Assembly: GCA_002350705.1 (NCBI GenBank)
Contig: DEFH01000053.1
Span: forward strand, 127,801 to 191,800
Length of the DNA: 64,000 bases
Direction of reading: 5' to 3'
DNA from: Ruminococcaceae bacterium UBA2857
GTDB lineage: Bacteria; Bacillota; Clostridia; Oscillospirales; Acutalibacteraceae
The notes beneath the pieces are model-generated. The model was not told where the DNA came from. It did not search any database and worked only from the letters and a program-made list of their open reading frames with translations. Below are positions 26,860-37,339 of this stretch, piece after piece (within the stretch, counting starts at the first letter, position 1; every line of letters begins with the position of its first letter). Position numbers and translations under genes: made by a program.

Positions 26860-28839
26860 TTGTCAAAGCTGAAAATGAAAGCAGTCAGAATCATTGCTCT
26901 CAAACAGGACAGAAAACGTCTTCTGGAACATCTTCAGGACTCCGCTCTTGTCCATGTGAAGCATACAGAGGTACAGGACGGCTTTCAAAGAACGGATACC
27001 TCTTCACAGCTCCGACAGTTTGAAAAAAATGCGGAACTGATGGAAAAATCTCTCAAAATACTGGGCAATATTGCTCCCGAGAAAAAAGGATTTCTTTCAG
27101 GCTTTAAGGGCAGACGTGAGATTGACTCCGATGAAATCGGCAAAATTGCTCTCCAATCGGGCAGAATGATTGGAATATGCGGAAAAATCAGCAAGCTGGA
27201 TGCTCAGATAACAGACAATACGGCAGAACAGGCAAGAATCAGAACTTTGCTTGCTCAACTGGAACCTTGGAAAAAACTGGATATTCCGCTCAATACGTCA
27301 GATACGGCTTCTATGGCGGTGCTGATAGGTACGCTTCCAAAGGAATATGATGATACCTCTCTTGCGGAAGTGCTGGCGGAAAAAGATCCTGAATTGGTGT
27401 TTGAAACGGAAGTCATCTATTCTTCCTCTAACCTGACAAGCGTTGTGGTGTATACTCCTAAACAGCAGAAAGACCGTGCGGAGCTGCTTCTCAGAGGAAT
27501 CGGCTTTTCACGTCCCCTGAATCCGACTTCCAAAACGCCTCTTGACAAAGCAAAGCGTCTGACACAGAAAAGTGCGGATCTGAAAGAAAAAAATGAGGAA
27601 CTGAAAAACGAGATTGCAAAATATGCCGAATATCGTGACAGTATCCGTGATACACAGGACTATTTTGAGCTTCGTGCCGAAAAGTACAGAGTTATTGCAG
27701 AGCTTGACCAGTCAGAACATATTTTTGTACTGAACGGTTATATTCCGGAGGAAGACTGCGGAAAACTGGAAACCATCTGTCAGAAAATACCGTCATGTGT
27801 CCTGGAATTTGAGGAAGCAGATGAAAATGCTCCCGTTAAGCTCAAAAACAATAAGTTTGCGGAGCCTGCCGAGAGTATTGTGACGATGTATTCTCCTCCG
27901 TCACATGACGATATTGACCCGACTCCCGTACTGGCATTTTTCTTTTACTTTTTCTTTGGCATGATGTTTTCCGATGCAGGCTACGGACTGTTGTTAGTCA
28001 TTGCAACGGCTATCGGCATTAAAGTCTTCAAGCCTGACAAAAAAATGTATAACAATCTGAAACTGTTCCAGTATTGCGGTATTTCTACCATATTCTGGGG
28101 ACTGATTTTCGGCAGTGTGTTCGGTGATGCCCCTGTCGTATTCTACAAACTGTTCACGGGCAATGAGATTACCATGAAACAGTTGATGCCATGGATGCTC
28201 GATACACAAAAGGATGCCTTGTTCATTATGATTATGTCCATTGCCTTCGGACTGGTTCATGTACTTGTCGGAATGGGCTGTAAGTTCTATGTGTGTCTCA
28301 AACAGAAAAAATATGCGGAAGCCTTTTTTGATACAGGCTTGTGGATGATGTTGTTGGTGGGATTTGCCATTCTGGCGGCAGGCATGGCGATCGGTCAAAT
28401 ATTGGTATACATTGGTGCAGGCATTGCGATTGCCTGTGCAGTGGGACTTGTCCTGACGCAAGGCCGTGAAAAGAAAGGCATTTTCGGAAAACTGATCGGC
28501 GGTGTAGCCTCTTTGTATGACATTACCAGCTATGTCAGCGATTTGCTGAGTTATTCCAGACTGCTGGCTCTCGGTCTGACGACAGGCGTTATGGCACAGG
28601 TTTTCAATATGCTCTCTACTTTGATGGGAACAAGTGTCATCGGCATTCTCTTTATGATCGTGATTTTTATTGCAGGTCACGCTATCACCATCGGCTTGAA
28701 TGCACTCGGTTCGTATGTGCATACAATGCGTTTGCAGTATGTGGAAATGTTCAGTAAATTCTATGAGGGCGGCGGCAGGCCTTTTGAACCGTTCTCCCTC
28801 AAAAGCAAGAATTTTAAAATCAAAAATACAGATGATTAA
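26860..28839 (+). CDS. ntpI: V-type ATP synthase subunit I (a-subunit)
   Basis: A 659-aa protein with an N-terminal cytoplasmic coiled-coil half and a C-terminal polytopic half containing 'SYSRLLALGL'. The start is TTG 26860 or ATG 26875. Confidence 0.85.
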   Translation: MSKLKMKAVRIIALKQDRKRLLEHLQDSALVHVKHTEVQDGFQRTDTSSQLRQFEKNAELMEKSLKILGNIAPEKKGFLSGFKGRREIDSDEIGKIALQSGRMIGICGKISKLDAQITDNTAEQARIRTLLAQLEPWKKLDIPLNTSDTASMAVLIGTLPKEYDDTSLAEVLAEKDPELVFETEVIYSSSNLTSVVVYTPKQQKDRAELLLRGIGFSRPLNPTSKTPLDKAKRLTQKSADLKEKNEELKNEIAKYAEYRDSIRDTQDYFELRAEKYRVIAELDQSEHIFVLNGYIPEEDCGKLETICQKIPSCVLEFEEADENAPVKLKNNKFAEPAESIVTMYSPPSHDDIDPTPVLAFFFYFFFGMMFSDAGYGLLLVIATAIGIKVFKPDKKMYNNLKLFQYCGISTIFWGLIFGSVFGDAPVVFYKLFTGNEITMKQLMPWMLDTQKDALFIMIMSIAFGLVHVLVGMGCKFYVCLKQKKYAEAFFDTGLWMMLLVGFAILAAGMAIGQILVYIGAGIAIACAVGLVLTQGREKKGIFGKLIGGVASLYDITSYVSDLLSYSRLLALGLTTGVMAQVFNMLSTLMGTSVIGILFMIVIFIAGHAITIGLNALGSYVHTMRLQYVEMFSKFYEGGGRPFEPFSLKSKNFKIKNTDD

Positions 28840-28858
28840 TTATTGGAGGTAATTTATT

Positions 28859-29332
28859 ATGGGTATGATATTTACAATCGTTGGTATCGCAATCGCAACT
28901 GTTCTGGCAGGCATCGGCTCTGCCAAAGGTGTAGGAGCTGCTGCACAGGCAGCAATGGGAGTCCTTTCAGAGGATTCCTCTATGTTCGGTAAAATGCTGG
29001 TTCTGACACTTCTCCCCGGTACACAGGGACTTTACGGCTTTATCGTTGCCTTTCTGATGCTGATCGGTGCAGGCGTTCTCGGCGGGGGCGATACTGTTAC
29101 ATGGCAGCAGGGACTTGCTTATCTGGGAGCCTCTCTTTCCGTAGGTATCGGCGGTCTGGTATCGGGTATTGCACAGGGTAAAGCCGCTGTTGCAGGTATC
29201 AGTATGTGTGCAAAGGACGAAAAAAACTTCTCTAAAGCAATGGTTTCCATCACACTGGTTGAAATCTATGCACTTCTTGCTTTTATCGTTTCCCTGCTGA
29301 CCGTTATTTCCATCCCCAACATTACATTTTAA
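28859..29332 (+). CDS. ntpK: V-type ATP synthase subunit K (16-kDa proteolipid, c-ring)
   Basis: A double-hairpin proteolipid. 'GIGSAKGVG', 'LLPGTQGLYGF', 'SGIAQGK' and 'LVEIYALL' closely parallel Enterococcus hirae NtpK. Confidence 0.9.
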   Translation: MGMIFTIVGIAIATVLAGIGSAKGVGAAAQAAMGVLSEDSSMFGKMLVLTLLPGTQGLYGFIVAFLMLIGAGVLGGGDTVTWQQGLAYLGASLSVGIGGLVSGIAQGKAAVAGISMCAKDEKNFSKAMVSITLVEIYALLAFIVSLLTVISIPNITF

Positions 29333-29341
29333 TCAAAGGGT

Positions 29342-29935
29342 GTGCATGACATGAGCAACGGAGAAAAAATCCTGTCAGGAATCCGACAGGAATGTGATGA
29401 AAAAATAGCCGCTGTCAATGCCGAAACAGAAACCGCCTGTCAGGAAATTCTTGATTCGGCAAAAAAGCAGGCAAAGGAAATTACAGAAAGTGCCCGCTAT
29501 CAGCTGGAAGAACAGTCTGCGAAACTTTTGAAGGCTCACCAGAGCAAGAGTGCACTGGAAAAAAGAAATATGCTTCTCAAAACACGCAGAATGGAAATTG
29601 ACAAGGCAGTTCAGGCAATTTTGGCATATATGATCAATCTGCCGGATAAAGTGTATTTTGAACTTGTCTATCAGATGACAAAGCACATCAGTGAAAAAGA
29701 GGGCATTGTGTATTTTAATACCAAAGACCTTGCCAGAGTGCCGAAAAACTTTGAAAGCCGTCTTGCCGAAACGGGAATCCATGCGATTGTTTCCAAAGTG
29801 CCCGATGACAGCATTGAAAGCGGCTTTATCCTCAAAAACGGTGACATTGAGGAAAATATGAGCTTTGCATCCGTCATAGCAGAGAAACGTGAGGAAATGG
29901 AAGACCTGATTGGCAGAGAGCTGTTTAAAGCATAA
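29342..29935 (+). CDS. ntpE: V-type ATP synthase subunit E
   Basis: An N-terminal long helix plus a C-terminal globular domain, in the conserved operon position. The start is 29342 or 29351. Confidence 0.75.
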   Translation: MHDMSNGEKILSGIRQECDEKIAAVNAETETACQEILDSAKKQAKEITESARYQLEEQSAKLLKAHQSKSALEKRNMLLKTRRMEIDKAVQAILAYMINLPDKVYFELVYQMTKHISEKEGIVYFNTKDLARVPKNFESRLAETGIHAIVSKVPDDSIESGFILKNGDIEENMSFASVIAEKREEMEDLIGRELFKA

Positions 29936-29945
29936 GGAGGGGACT

Positions 29946-30911
29946 ATGGAATACGAATTTTCAATCGGTTCCGTAAGGGCAAAGGAAAAAAAATTGCTGT
30001 CCTCTTCGGATATAGACCAGATGCTTGCTTTTCGGAGTGAAAAAGAACTTGTGCGTTTTCTGAAGGACAAGGGGTTCGGTGACGGTGAAAGCATTGATGC
30101 ACTGCTGACAAGCAATACCGACAATATGTGGAAGTATATCAAAAGTATTGCTCCTGATATGGGCTTGTTTGAACCGTTCTGGGTGCAGAATGATATTCAT
30201 AATCTGAAAACGATCCTGAAAGGCGTGATGTCTGACAGAGATTATGCCCCTCTGCTGATTTTCCCTTGTACCATTGATACCCAAACCATGGTTCGGACAG
30301 TGGAAAACAGACGCTTTGACAAGCTTCCCGAATGGCTCGGCAGTGCCGCAGATACGGCTTACGGACTTCTGGCGGAAACCAAGGACGCAAGACTGAGTGA
30401 TGCTGTGATTGACAAAGCTGTGATGCAAAAATTGCTTACGGAAAGCAAAAAATCCAAATCTGTTTTTTTACGGCAGTATATCAAAAGACTTGTCTTTTAT
30501 GCGGATATCAAAATTGCACTGAGAGCCGCCAAAACAGGCAGTACCGAAAACTATCTCGAACAGGCATTGTGTGAAATTGACGGACTCGACAGAAAAAAAC
30601 TGATGACAAGTGCGTCTGCCGGTACGGAAACCCTCATAAAATATCTGGAAAAAATCGATTTGTACGACTGCAAAAAAGCAGTTGCCCTATATAAAAAATT
30701 CCCGTCGGAATTTGAAAAATTCGTGGACAACGGAACCATGACACTGACAAGGGAATTGTGCAGATTTTCCTGTTCGGGACCGGAACCGTTATTGGGCTAT
30801 TATATGGGCTGTGAGTGCGAACGGAAAATCATCAATATGATTGCGGGAGGCATCAAAACACAGACTCCTCCCGATAAAATAAGAGAAAGGCTGCGTGTAA
30901 CCTATGGTTAA
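29946..30911 (+). CDS. ntpC: V-type ATP synthase subunit C (d-subunit homolog)
   Basis: ATG 29946 follows AAGGAGGGG. The product is about 320 aa, helical, and in the conserved operon position. Confidence 0.8.
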   Translation: MEYEFSIGSVRAKEKKLLSSSDIDQMLAFRSEKELVRFLKDKGFGDGESIDALLTSNTDNMWKYIKSIAPDMGLFEPFWVQNDIHNLKTILKGVMSDRDYAPLLIFPCTIDTQTMVRTVENRRFDKLPEWLGSAADTAYGLLAETKDARLSDAVIDKAVMQKLLTESKKSKSVFLRQYIKRLVFYADIKIALRAAKTGSTENYLEQALCEIDGLDRKKLMTSASAGTETLIKYLEKIDLYDCKKAVALYKKFPSEFEKFVDNGTMTLTRELCRFSCSGPEPLLGYYMGCECERKIINMIAGGIKTQTPPDKIRERLRVTYG

Positions 30912-31227
30912 AAATATTGCCGTAATAGGCGACAGTGAAAGCATTAAAGGCTTCGGTGCAGTCGGAATTGATATGTATCTGTGTGACGAGCCGCAGGAAT
31001 CCGGCAATCTGCTCAAAAGAATCGCAGAGGGGGAGGACTATGCCATTATCTTTATGACAGAGGAACTCTTTGAACTCTCCGCAAAGGAAAGAAGCAAATT
31101 TGCCGAAAAGACTGTGCCTGCTGTCATTCCCATTCCCTCCGCAGGAGGCAACAGGGGGATTGGTCAAAAAAGACTGTCCCTGTTTGTAGAGCAGGCTGTC
31201 GGCTCAGATATTCTCTTTGGAAATTGA
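30904..31227 (+). CDS. V-type ATP synthase subunit F
   Basis: 'IAVIGDSESIKGFGAVGID...' over 107 aa is typical of subunit F. It overlaps the upstream gene's stop. Confidence 0.8.
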   Translation: MVKNIAVIGDSESIKGFGAVGIDMYLCDEPQESGNLLKRIAEGEDYAIIFMTEELFELSAKERSKFAEKTVPAVIPIPSAGGNRGIGQKRLSLFVEQAVGSDILFGN

Positions 31228-31237
31228 GGTGTAAATT

Positions 31238-33004
31238 TTGACAAACGGAGTTATTACAAAAGTCGCAGGACCTTTGGTCATTGCCGAGGGTATGCGTGAT
31301 GCAAATATGTTTGACGTGGTAAGAGTCAGCAAGGAAAGACTGATCGGTGAGATCATCGAAATGCACGGTGACAGAGCGTCTATCCAGGTCTATGAAGAAA
31401 CTTCCGGTCTTGGACCGGGTGAGGCGGTGGAGTCTACCGGACATCCTTTGTCGGTGGAGCTTGGTCCGGGTCTGATTGGTGCTATCTATGACGGTATCCA
31501 GAGACCGCTGAGCGAAATTATGAAAGTGGCAGGCAACACTTTGACAAGAGGTATTGAAGTACCGTCCCTTGACCATCACAAAAAATGGCATTTTGTCCCC
31601 AAAGTCAAAAAGGGTACCGAGGTGTCGGCCGGTGATGTTCTCGGTACCGTCAAGGAAACCAATGCGGTTATCCATAAAATTCTCGTGCCGAACGGCATGA
31701 AAGGCACTGTCCTCGAAATCAAAGAGGGCGACTTCACCATAGATGATACGGTTGCCGTTCTCGAAAACGATGGAAAGAAAACCAATGTACAGATGGCAGT
31801 GAAATGGCCTGTCCGTGTCGGCAGACCTTACAAAAGAAAACTCTCTCCCGATATTCTTCTGACAACCGGTCAGAGAACCATTGATACACTTTTCCCGATC
31901 GCCAAAGGCGGCGTGGCAGCCGTTCCGGGTCCTTTCGGTTCGGGAAAGACCGTTGTACAGCACCAGCTTGCAAAATGGGCAGCCGCTGATATTATCGTAT
32001 ACATTGGCTGCGGTGAGCGTGGCAACGAAATGACAGACGTTCTCAACGAGTTCCCGGAACTGAAAGATCCCCGTACAGGCAACTCTCTGATGGAGCGTAC
32101 CGTATTGATTGCCAATACATCCGATATGCCTGTTGCCGCCCGTGAAGCGTCTATTTATACAGGCATTACAATTGCAGAATATTTCCGTGATATGGGTTAT
32201 ACCGTAGCACTCATGGCAGACTCTACTTCCCGTTGGGCAGAGGCTCTGCGTGAAATGTCGGGCCGTCTGGAAGAAATGCCCGGTGAAGAAGGTTATCCGG
32301 CGTATCTGGGAAGCCGTCTGGCACAGTTCTATGAAAGAGCGGGACGTGTCATTGTCAACGGCAGTGATGATACAGAAGGTGCTTTGTCCGTTATCGGTGC
32401 GGTATCACCTCCGGGCGGTGATATTTCTGAGCCTGTTTCTCAGGCGACCCTGCGAATTGTCAAAGTATTCTGGGGACTGGATGCGGCTCTTGCCTATAAG
32501 AGACATTTCCCTGCCATTAACTGGCTGACAAGCTATTCCCTCTATACAGACCAGCTCGAAGACTGGTTTGCCGAAAACGCTTCTCCGGATTTCATGAAAC
32601 TGCGTGCAAGATTAATGTCTCTGCTGCAGGATGAGTCTGAATTGCAGGAAATTGTGAATCTGGTCGGTATGGATGCTCTTTCCGCAACCGACAGACTCAA
32701 GCTGGAAACAGCCCGTTCTATCCGTGAGGACTATCTGCACCAGAATGCATTTGATTCTGTTGATACCTATACTTCTCTGAAAAAGCAGGTTCTGATGATG
32801 AGAGCCATTCTCCTGTGCTATGATAAGTCTGTCGAGGCACTCAAAGACGGTGCCAATACAGAGCTGCTCATTGGAATGTCCGTGCGTGAGCGTGTCGGCA
32901 GATTCAAATATGAGGAAGAAACCAATATCGACAGAGAATTTGATGCGATCAGTGCCATGCTGGAAAAGGAAATCAAAGACGTTCTGGAAAGGAGTGAGGA
33001 CTGA
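31238..33004 (+). CDS. ntpA: V-type ATP synthase catalytic subunit A
   Basis: Walker A 'GPFGSGKTV', plus '[13 protein letters not shown]' and '[20 protein letters not shown]'. It has a TTG start. Confidence 0.95.
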   Translation: MTNGVITKVAGPLVIAEGMRDANMFDVVRVSKERLIGEIIEMHGDRASIQVYEETSGLGPGEAVESTGHPLSVELGPGLIGAIYDGIQRPLSEIMKVAGNTLTRGIEVPSLDHHKKWHFVPKVKKGTEVSAGDVLGTVKETNAVIHKILVPNGMKGTVLEIKEGDFTIDDTVAVLENDGKKTNVQMAVKWPVRVGRPYKRKLSPDILLTTGQRTIDTLFPIAKGGVAAVPGPFGSGKTVVQHQLAKWAAADIIVYIGCGERGNEMTDVLNEFPELKDPRTGNSLMERTVLIANTSDMPVAAREASIYTGITIAEYFRDMGYTVALMADSTSRWAEALREMSGRLEEMPGEEGYPAYLGSRLAQFYERAGRVIVNGSDDTEGALSVIGAVSPPGGDISEPVSQATLRIVKVFWGLDAALAYKRHFPAINWLTSYSLYTDQLEDWFAENASPDFMKLRARLMSLLQDESELQEIVNLVGMDALSATDRLKLETARSIREDYLHQNAFDSVDTYTSLKKQVLMMRAILLCYDKSVEALKDGANTELLIGMSVRERVGRFKYEEETNIDREFDAISAMLEKEIKDVLERSED

Positions 33005-34374
33005 TGCCAAAGGAATACCGTACCATAAGAGAGGTTGCCGGTCCTCTGATGATGGTAAGTGACGTGGAAGGCGTTACCTACAATGAACTCGGTGAAATTG
33101 AACTGCCCAACGGTGACATCCGTCGCTGTCAGGTACTGGAAATAGACGGAAAAAATGCTCTGGTACAGCTCTTTGAGTCTGCCGCAGGCATTAACCTTGC
33201 CCAGTCCAAAGTAAGATTTATCGGACGTTCGATGGAACTGCCTGTGTCATCGGATATGCTTTCACGAGTATTTGACGGTCTGGGCAACCCCATTGATGAC
33301 GGTCCCGCGATTATTCCCGAAAAAAGAATGGACATCAACGGTACGCCGATGAACCCTGCCGCCCGTGACTATCCGCAGGAGTTTATCCAGACCGGTGTCT
33401 CTGCCATAGACGGTCTGAACACTCTTGTAAGAGGCCAGAAACTGCCGATTTTCTCGGCATCCGGTCTGCCTCATGCGCAGCTTGCCGCACAGATCGCAAG
33501 ACAGGCGGCTGTGCGTGGCAAAAATGAACAGTTTGCGGTCGTTTTTGCGGCAATGGGTATCACTTATGAAGAATCCGAATATTTTGTCCGTTCGTTCCGT
33601 GAGACGGGGGCATTGGACAGAACCGTTATGTTTGTCAACCTTGCGAACGATCCGGCGATTGAGCGAATCGCTACTCCGAGAATGGCACTGACTGCCGCAG
33701 AGTATCTTGCATTTGATTTGGGAATGCACGTGCTTGTCATTATGACAGACATCACCAACTATGCAGACGCTCTTCGTGAAGTCTCCGCCGCACGAAAGGA
33801 AGTTCCCGGCAGACGTGGCTATCCGGGTTATATGTACACCAACCTTGCCACACTTTATGAACGTGCCGGCAGACAAAAAGGAAAAAATGGTTCCATTACC
33901 ATGATTCCGATTCTGACCATGCCCGAAGATGACAAGACTCATCCGATTCCCGATCTGACAGGCTATATTACGGAAGGTCAGATTATCCTGAGCCGTGAGC
34001 TTTACAGAAAAGGCATTACGCCGCCTATTGATGTATTGCCATCCCTGTCCCGTCTGAAAGATAAGGGTATCGGTGTGGGAAGAACAAGAGAAGACCATGC
34101 TGCTACTATGAATCAGCTTTTCTCAGCCTATGCGAGAGGCAAGGACGCAAGAGAACTGATGATCGTGCTTGGCGAGTCTGCTCTGACAGATATTGACAAA
34201 AAATATGCCGAGTTTGCAGAGGCTTTTGAAAAAGAGTATGTATCACAGGGCTATCAGACCAACCGTACCATTGAACAGACACTGGATATCGGCTGGAAAC
34301 TGCTGCATATTCTGCCGAGAAGTGAATTAAAGAGAATCAAAGATGATATGCTTGACAAATACTATGGAAAGTAA
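33004..34374 (+). CDS. ntpB: V-type ATP synthase subunit B
   Basis: '[15 protein letters not shown]', '[29 protein letters not shown]' and '[15 protein letters not shown]'. Confidence 0.95.
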   Translation: MPKEYRTIREVAGPLMMVSDVEGVTYNELGEIELPNGDIRRCQVLEIDGKNALVQLFESAAGINLAQSKVRFIGRSMELPVSSDMLSRVFDGLGNPIDDGPAIIPEKRMDINGTPMNPAARDYPQEFIQTGVSAIDGLNTLVRGQKLPIFSASGLPHAQLAAQIARQAAVRGKNEQFAVVFAAMGITYEESEYFVRSFRETGALDRTVMFVNLANDPAIERIATPRMALTAAEYLAFDLGMHVLVIMTDITNYADALREVSAARKEVPGRRGYPGYMYTNLATLYERAGRQKGKNGSITMIPILTMPEDDKTHPIPDLTGYITEGQIILSRELYRKGITPPIDVLPSLSRLKDKGIGVGRTREDHAATMNQLFSAYARGKDARELMIVLGESALTDIDKKYAEFAEAFEKEYVSQGYQTNRTIEQTLDIGWKLLHILPRSELKRIKDDMLDKYYGK

Positions 34375-34386
34375 GGTGTTGAGTGT

Positions 34387-35046
34387 ATGGCAGTGATGAA
34401 CGTAAACCCGACAAGAATGCAGATGACCAAGCTCAAAAAACAACTGCAAATTGCAAGGCGTGGTCATAAAATGCTGAAAGATAAGCGTGATGAACTGATG
34501 CGTCAGTTTATCGAGCTTGTCAGACAGAATAAACAGCTCCGTGAAAAAGTCGAAGCACAACTCGAAAACTGTAATCATCACTTTATCAATGCCAGTGCGG
34601 TAATGAGCAAACAGGCGATGGAATCGTCCCTGATGTCCTCCAAACATCAGACAGGCATTGATGTCGGTGAAAAAAATATCATGAGTGTTGATGTACCGCT
34701 GTTTTCACAAGTACACGGCAGTGATGATGAGGGAGAAATTTTTCCTTACGGATTTGCTTTCACATCGTTTGAACTGGATGATGCGGTGTCGTCTTTGAAC
34801 AGTGTGCTGCCTGATTTGATAAAACTGGCGGAAATTGAAAAAAGCTGTGAACTGATGGCGGCTGAAATCGAGCGTACCAGAAGACGAGTGAATTCTTTGG
34901 AACACGTGATGATTCCACGTTACGAGGAGACTATCAAATATATTGCCATGAAGCTGGAAGAAAACGACAGAAGCAGCCGTACACGCTTGATGAAAGTCAA
35001 GGATATGCTGCTGGAAAAAGCTCATAATTACTCTGAGAAATATTGA
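34387..35046 (+). CDS. ntpD: V-type ATP synthase subunit D
   Basis: 'NVNPTRMQMTKLKKQLQIARRGHKMLKDKRDEL' is the canonical subunit D N-terminus. Confidence 0.9.
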   Translation: MAVMNVNPTRMQMTKLKKQLQIARRGHKMLKDKRDELMRQFIELVRQNKQLREKVEAQLENCNHHFINASAVMSKQAMESSLMSSKHQTGIDVGEKNIMSVDVPLFSQVHGSDDEGEIFPYGFAFTSFELDDAVSSLNSVLPDLIKLAEIEKSCELMAAEIERTRRRVNSLEHVMIPRYEETIKYIAMKLEENDRSSRTRLMKVKDMLLEKAHNYSEKY

Positions 35047-35055
35047 TTTTTTATG

Positions 35056-35092
35056 GGAACGGTTTGTAACAAGACCGTTCCTTTCTTTTTTT
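35056..35092 (+). terminator. rho-independent terminator of the V-ATPase operon
   Basis: GGAACGGT / ACCGTTCC stem followed by TTTCTTTTTTT. Confidence 0.75.
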
Positions 35093-35102
35093 GCAATAAT
35101 TA

Positions 35103-35121
35103 TTTATCGTAATACGATAAA
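35103..35121. promoter_or_regulatory. perfect 19-bp palindrome (candidate operator) just upstream of the -35 box
   Basis: TTTATCGTA-A-TACGATAAA has 9-bp arms with no mismatch and ends 6 nt before TTGACA. Confidence 0.45.
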
Positions 35122-35127
35122 AATTTA

Positions 35128-35156
35128 TTGACAAACGGGATTTTGAGGTGTATAAT
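35128..35156 (+). promoter_or_regulatory. consensus sigma-A promoter of the DUF2975/HTH operon
   Basis: TTGACA (35128-35133), a 17-nt spacer ending in TG, and TATAAT (35151-35156). Confidence 0.6.
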
Positions 35157-35188
35157 ACAGGCAAATAATATTTTCGGAGGAAATTTTT

Positions 35189-35668
35189 ATGAATCAGAAA
35201 TCTTTGTCAAACCGGCTTAAAGCCATTATCATTGGTATGGGAATCATCGGACTGGTATTTTACGGACTTGTCGTGCCTGCACTCGGAAATGACCTTGTAT
35301 CGCATTATCCCGAATACATTGACGGCTGTTATTTATGGCTGGGACTTTTATGGCTGACGGCTGTACCGTGTTATATCGTGCTGTATCTGGCTTGGAAAAT
35401 ATCCGGCAATATCGGCAGGGACAATTCTTTTTCAAAAGAAAATGCCGTCAGCATGAAACATATTTCCACGCTTGTGGCAGGCGACAGTATATTCTTCTTT
35501 GCAGGGAATATCATTTATCTTGTTATCGGCTTCAATCACCCGTCCGTTGTGCTTGCGGCACTTGTCGTTGTATTTATCGGAGTGTCGGTTTCCGTTGCGG
35601 CGGCAGTACTTTCACATCTCATTCTCAAAGCCGCCGCTCTCAAAGAAGAAAATGACCTGACAATATAA
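35189..35668 (+). CDS. DUF2975-like membrane protein
   Basis: A 159-aa, 4-TM protein immediately upstream of a YozG-like HTH gene, which is the usual DUF2975/HTH pairing. Confidence 0.6.
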   Translation: MNQKSLSNRLKAIIIGMGIIGLVFYGLVVPALGNDLVSHYPEYIDGCYLWLGLLWLTAVPCYIVLYLAWKISGNIGRDNSFSKENAVSMKHISTLVAGDSIFFFAGNIIYLVIGFNHPSVVLAALVVVFIGVSVSVAAAVLSHLILKAAALKEENDLTI

Positions 35669-35680
35669 AGGAGCGTTATC

Positions 35681-35899
35681 ATGGAGGACAGAATCGTTAT
35701 TAATATAGATGTCATGCTTGCCAAGCGTAAAATGAGTGTCACGGAGCTTTCCGAAAAAGTCGGGATAACGCTTGCGAATATGTCTGTTTTAAAGAACGGC
35801 AAGGCAAAGGCAATCAAGCTTTCAACCTTGACAAAATTATGTTCCGCACTGGATTGTCAGCCGGGGGATATACTGGAATTTCAAAGAGGTGACCGGTAA
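35681..35899 (+). CDS. small XRE/Cro-type HTH transcriptional regulator (YozG-like)
   Basis: 'NIDVMLAKRKMSVTELSEKVGITLANMSVLKNGKAKAIKLSTLTKLCSALDCQPGDILEF'. Confidence 0.8.
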   Translation: MEDRIVINIDVMLAKRKMSVTELSEKVGITLANMSVLKNGKAKAIKLSTLTKLCSALDCQPGDILEFQRGDR

Positions 35900-36684
35900 T
35901 GGGCATAGCAGAAATCATAGATACTGTGATAATCAGTATTCCTTTTATCTGCTTAATGATTTTGGGGATTATATTACTGGTCTGTCTGCAAAAGCTTGTG
36001 ATGAAACTGAACGGAAAAATCTTTCATTTTGTGCCTGTCATATTTTATGCGATACAGTTTACATACGGTATTTTGAGAGCAAAAGGAATTATCATTTATT
36101 ACACAGATATGTGCGGAGGGTTTGACAGTCCGGAGTGGCAGAGTGACGGCATTATATGTTGTTCTGTGTCGATATGGGGATTGGTCGTTTCATCTGTAAT
36201 TCTTATAGCGGCATATTTCAAGCATAAAAAGTCCCCCGTTGTGACGGCAAAAAAATCCACTAAAATCTTTGCGGGAATTTTCACGGCTTTTCTCATTGCG
36301 TTTTCGGGAGTTTACTCTTACGAAATGATTGCATATCCCTACGGCACAAATCAAGATTTTCAAAATCAAAAACTGCTTGCGATAGGAAAATATATGTTTG
36401 ACGAACTCCATAACGAAAATTTTGACTTGAACAAAAATATATATCATAAAAATATTGAAGATATAAAATCCAATGCATACGATGCCTTCAGATATACTCG
36501 TTTTGAGGAAGTATATTTTTTGGATAAGCACACGGTATGTATTGTTGATGGTGCATTTTTTGACAGCATGAGAGGGTATATTGTAACTGACGGGGAAAAG
36601 GATTATTCCGACAAATATAATAAAATCAACGGTTATGACAATTTGTATTCGTGGAGCGGAGAAACACGCCCCGAATATTGGTGA
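35899..36684 (+). CDS. hypothetical membrane protein (4 N-terminal TM helices plus a soluble C-terminal domain)
   Basis: The ATG overlaps the HTH gene's TAA by 1 nt. No family was recognised. Confidence 0.45.
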   Translation: MGIAEIIDTVIISIPFICLMILGIILLVCLQKLVMKLNGKIFHFVPVIFYAIQFTYGILRAKGIIIYYTDMCGGFDSPEWQSDGIICCSVSIWGLVVSSVILIAAYFKHKKSPVVTAKKSTKIFAGIFTAFLIAFSGVYSYEMIAYPYGTNQDFQNQKLLAIGKYMFDELHNENFDLNKNIYHKNIEDIKSNAYDAFRYTRFEEVYFLDKHTVCIVDGAFFDSMRGYIVTDGEKDYSDKYNKINGYDNLYSWSGETRPEYW

Positions 36685-36701
36685 TTAGGGAGACGGGCAT
36701 T

Positions 36702-37229
36702 ATGAGCAAAAATGTAAAATCAAAAATTCTGTTTGCATTGGTGTTGGCTGTTGGTATGCCTGTAAAAATAATCGTAAGCGTTACAGCAGGCGGTTGGATT
36801 TCTATGATAGCGGTTTTATATGTATATGGTGCAGTCGATTATTATTTAAACAACACACCATCCATTGTTTTGAGCGTTGACTTTTCGGAAGGTGAGGTAA
36901 TCAACAGTTTTGATACTCATGGAGGTTTTCACGGTGACGGTGTCACATATCTTGAAATGAAAATGCCGTACTCCTTTGAAGACCAACTGGAATATAATGA
37001 GAAATGGCACAGTTTGCCCATGCCTGAAAATATACGGGAAATTTGTGATTTGAAGATAGACAAGCACAACGGCAAAAACAGTGAATCTACAGTTCCCGAT
37101 GTTCGCAGCGGATATTTTTATTATCTTGACAGAGATACCCATAACTCATTTGATTTTCCGATGAATTTTACAGTGGCAGTGTATGATTGCGATACATACA
37201 TGATATATTATTGTAAAATAGATACATAA
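36702..37229 (+). CDS. hypothetical membrane-anchored protein
   Basis: The start 'MSKNVKSKILFALVLAVGMPVKIIVSV...' gives two TM helices, then a soluble domain. No family was recognised. Confidence 0.4.
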   Translation: MSKNVKSKILFALVLAVGMPVKIIVSVTAGGWISMIAVLYVYGAVDYYLNNTPSIVLSVDFSEGEVINSFDTHGGFHGDGVTYLEMKMPYSFEDQLEYNEKWHSLPMPENIREICDLKIDKHNGKNSESTVPDVRSGYFYYLDRDTHNSFDFPMNFTVAVYDCDTYMIYYCKIDT

Positions 37230-37231
37230 AA

Positions 37232-37267
37232 AGACCGAAGTCAAAAAACTTCGGTCTGACGATTTTT
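37232..37267 (+). terminator. rho-independent terminator
   Basis: AGACCGAAGT-caaaaa-ACTTCGGTCT followed by a T-run. Confidence 0.7.
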
Positions 37268-37339
37268 AGGATTGCGAAAACCTTTTAAAAATTTGATAAT
37301 TTAATGTTAAAATATTTAAAAATATAAATGAATAAAAAA

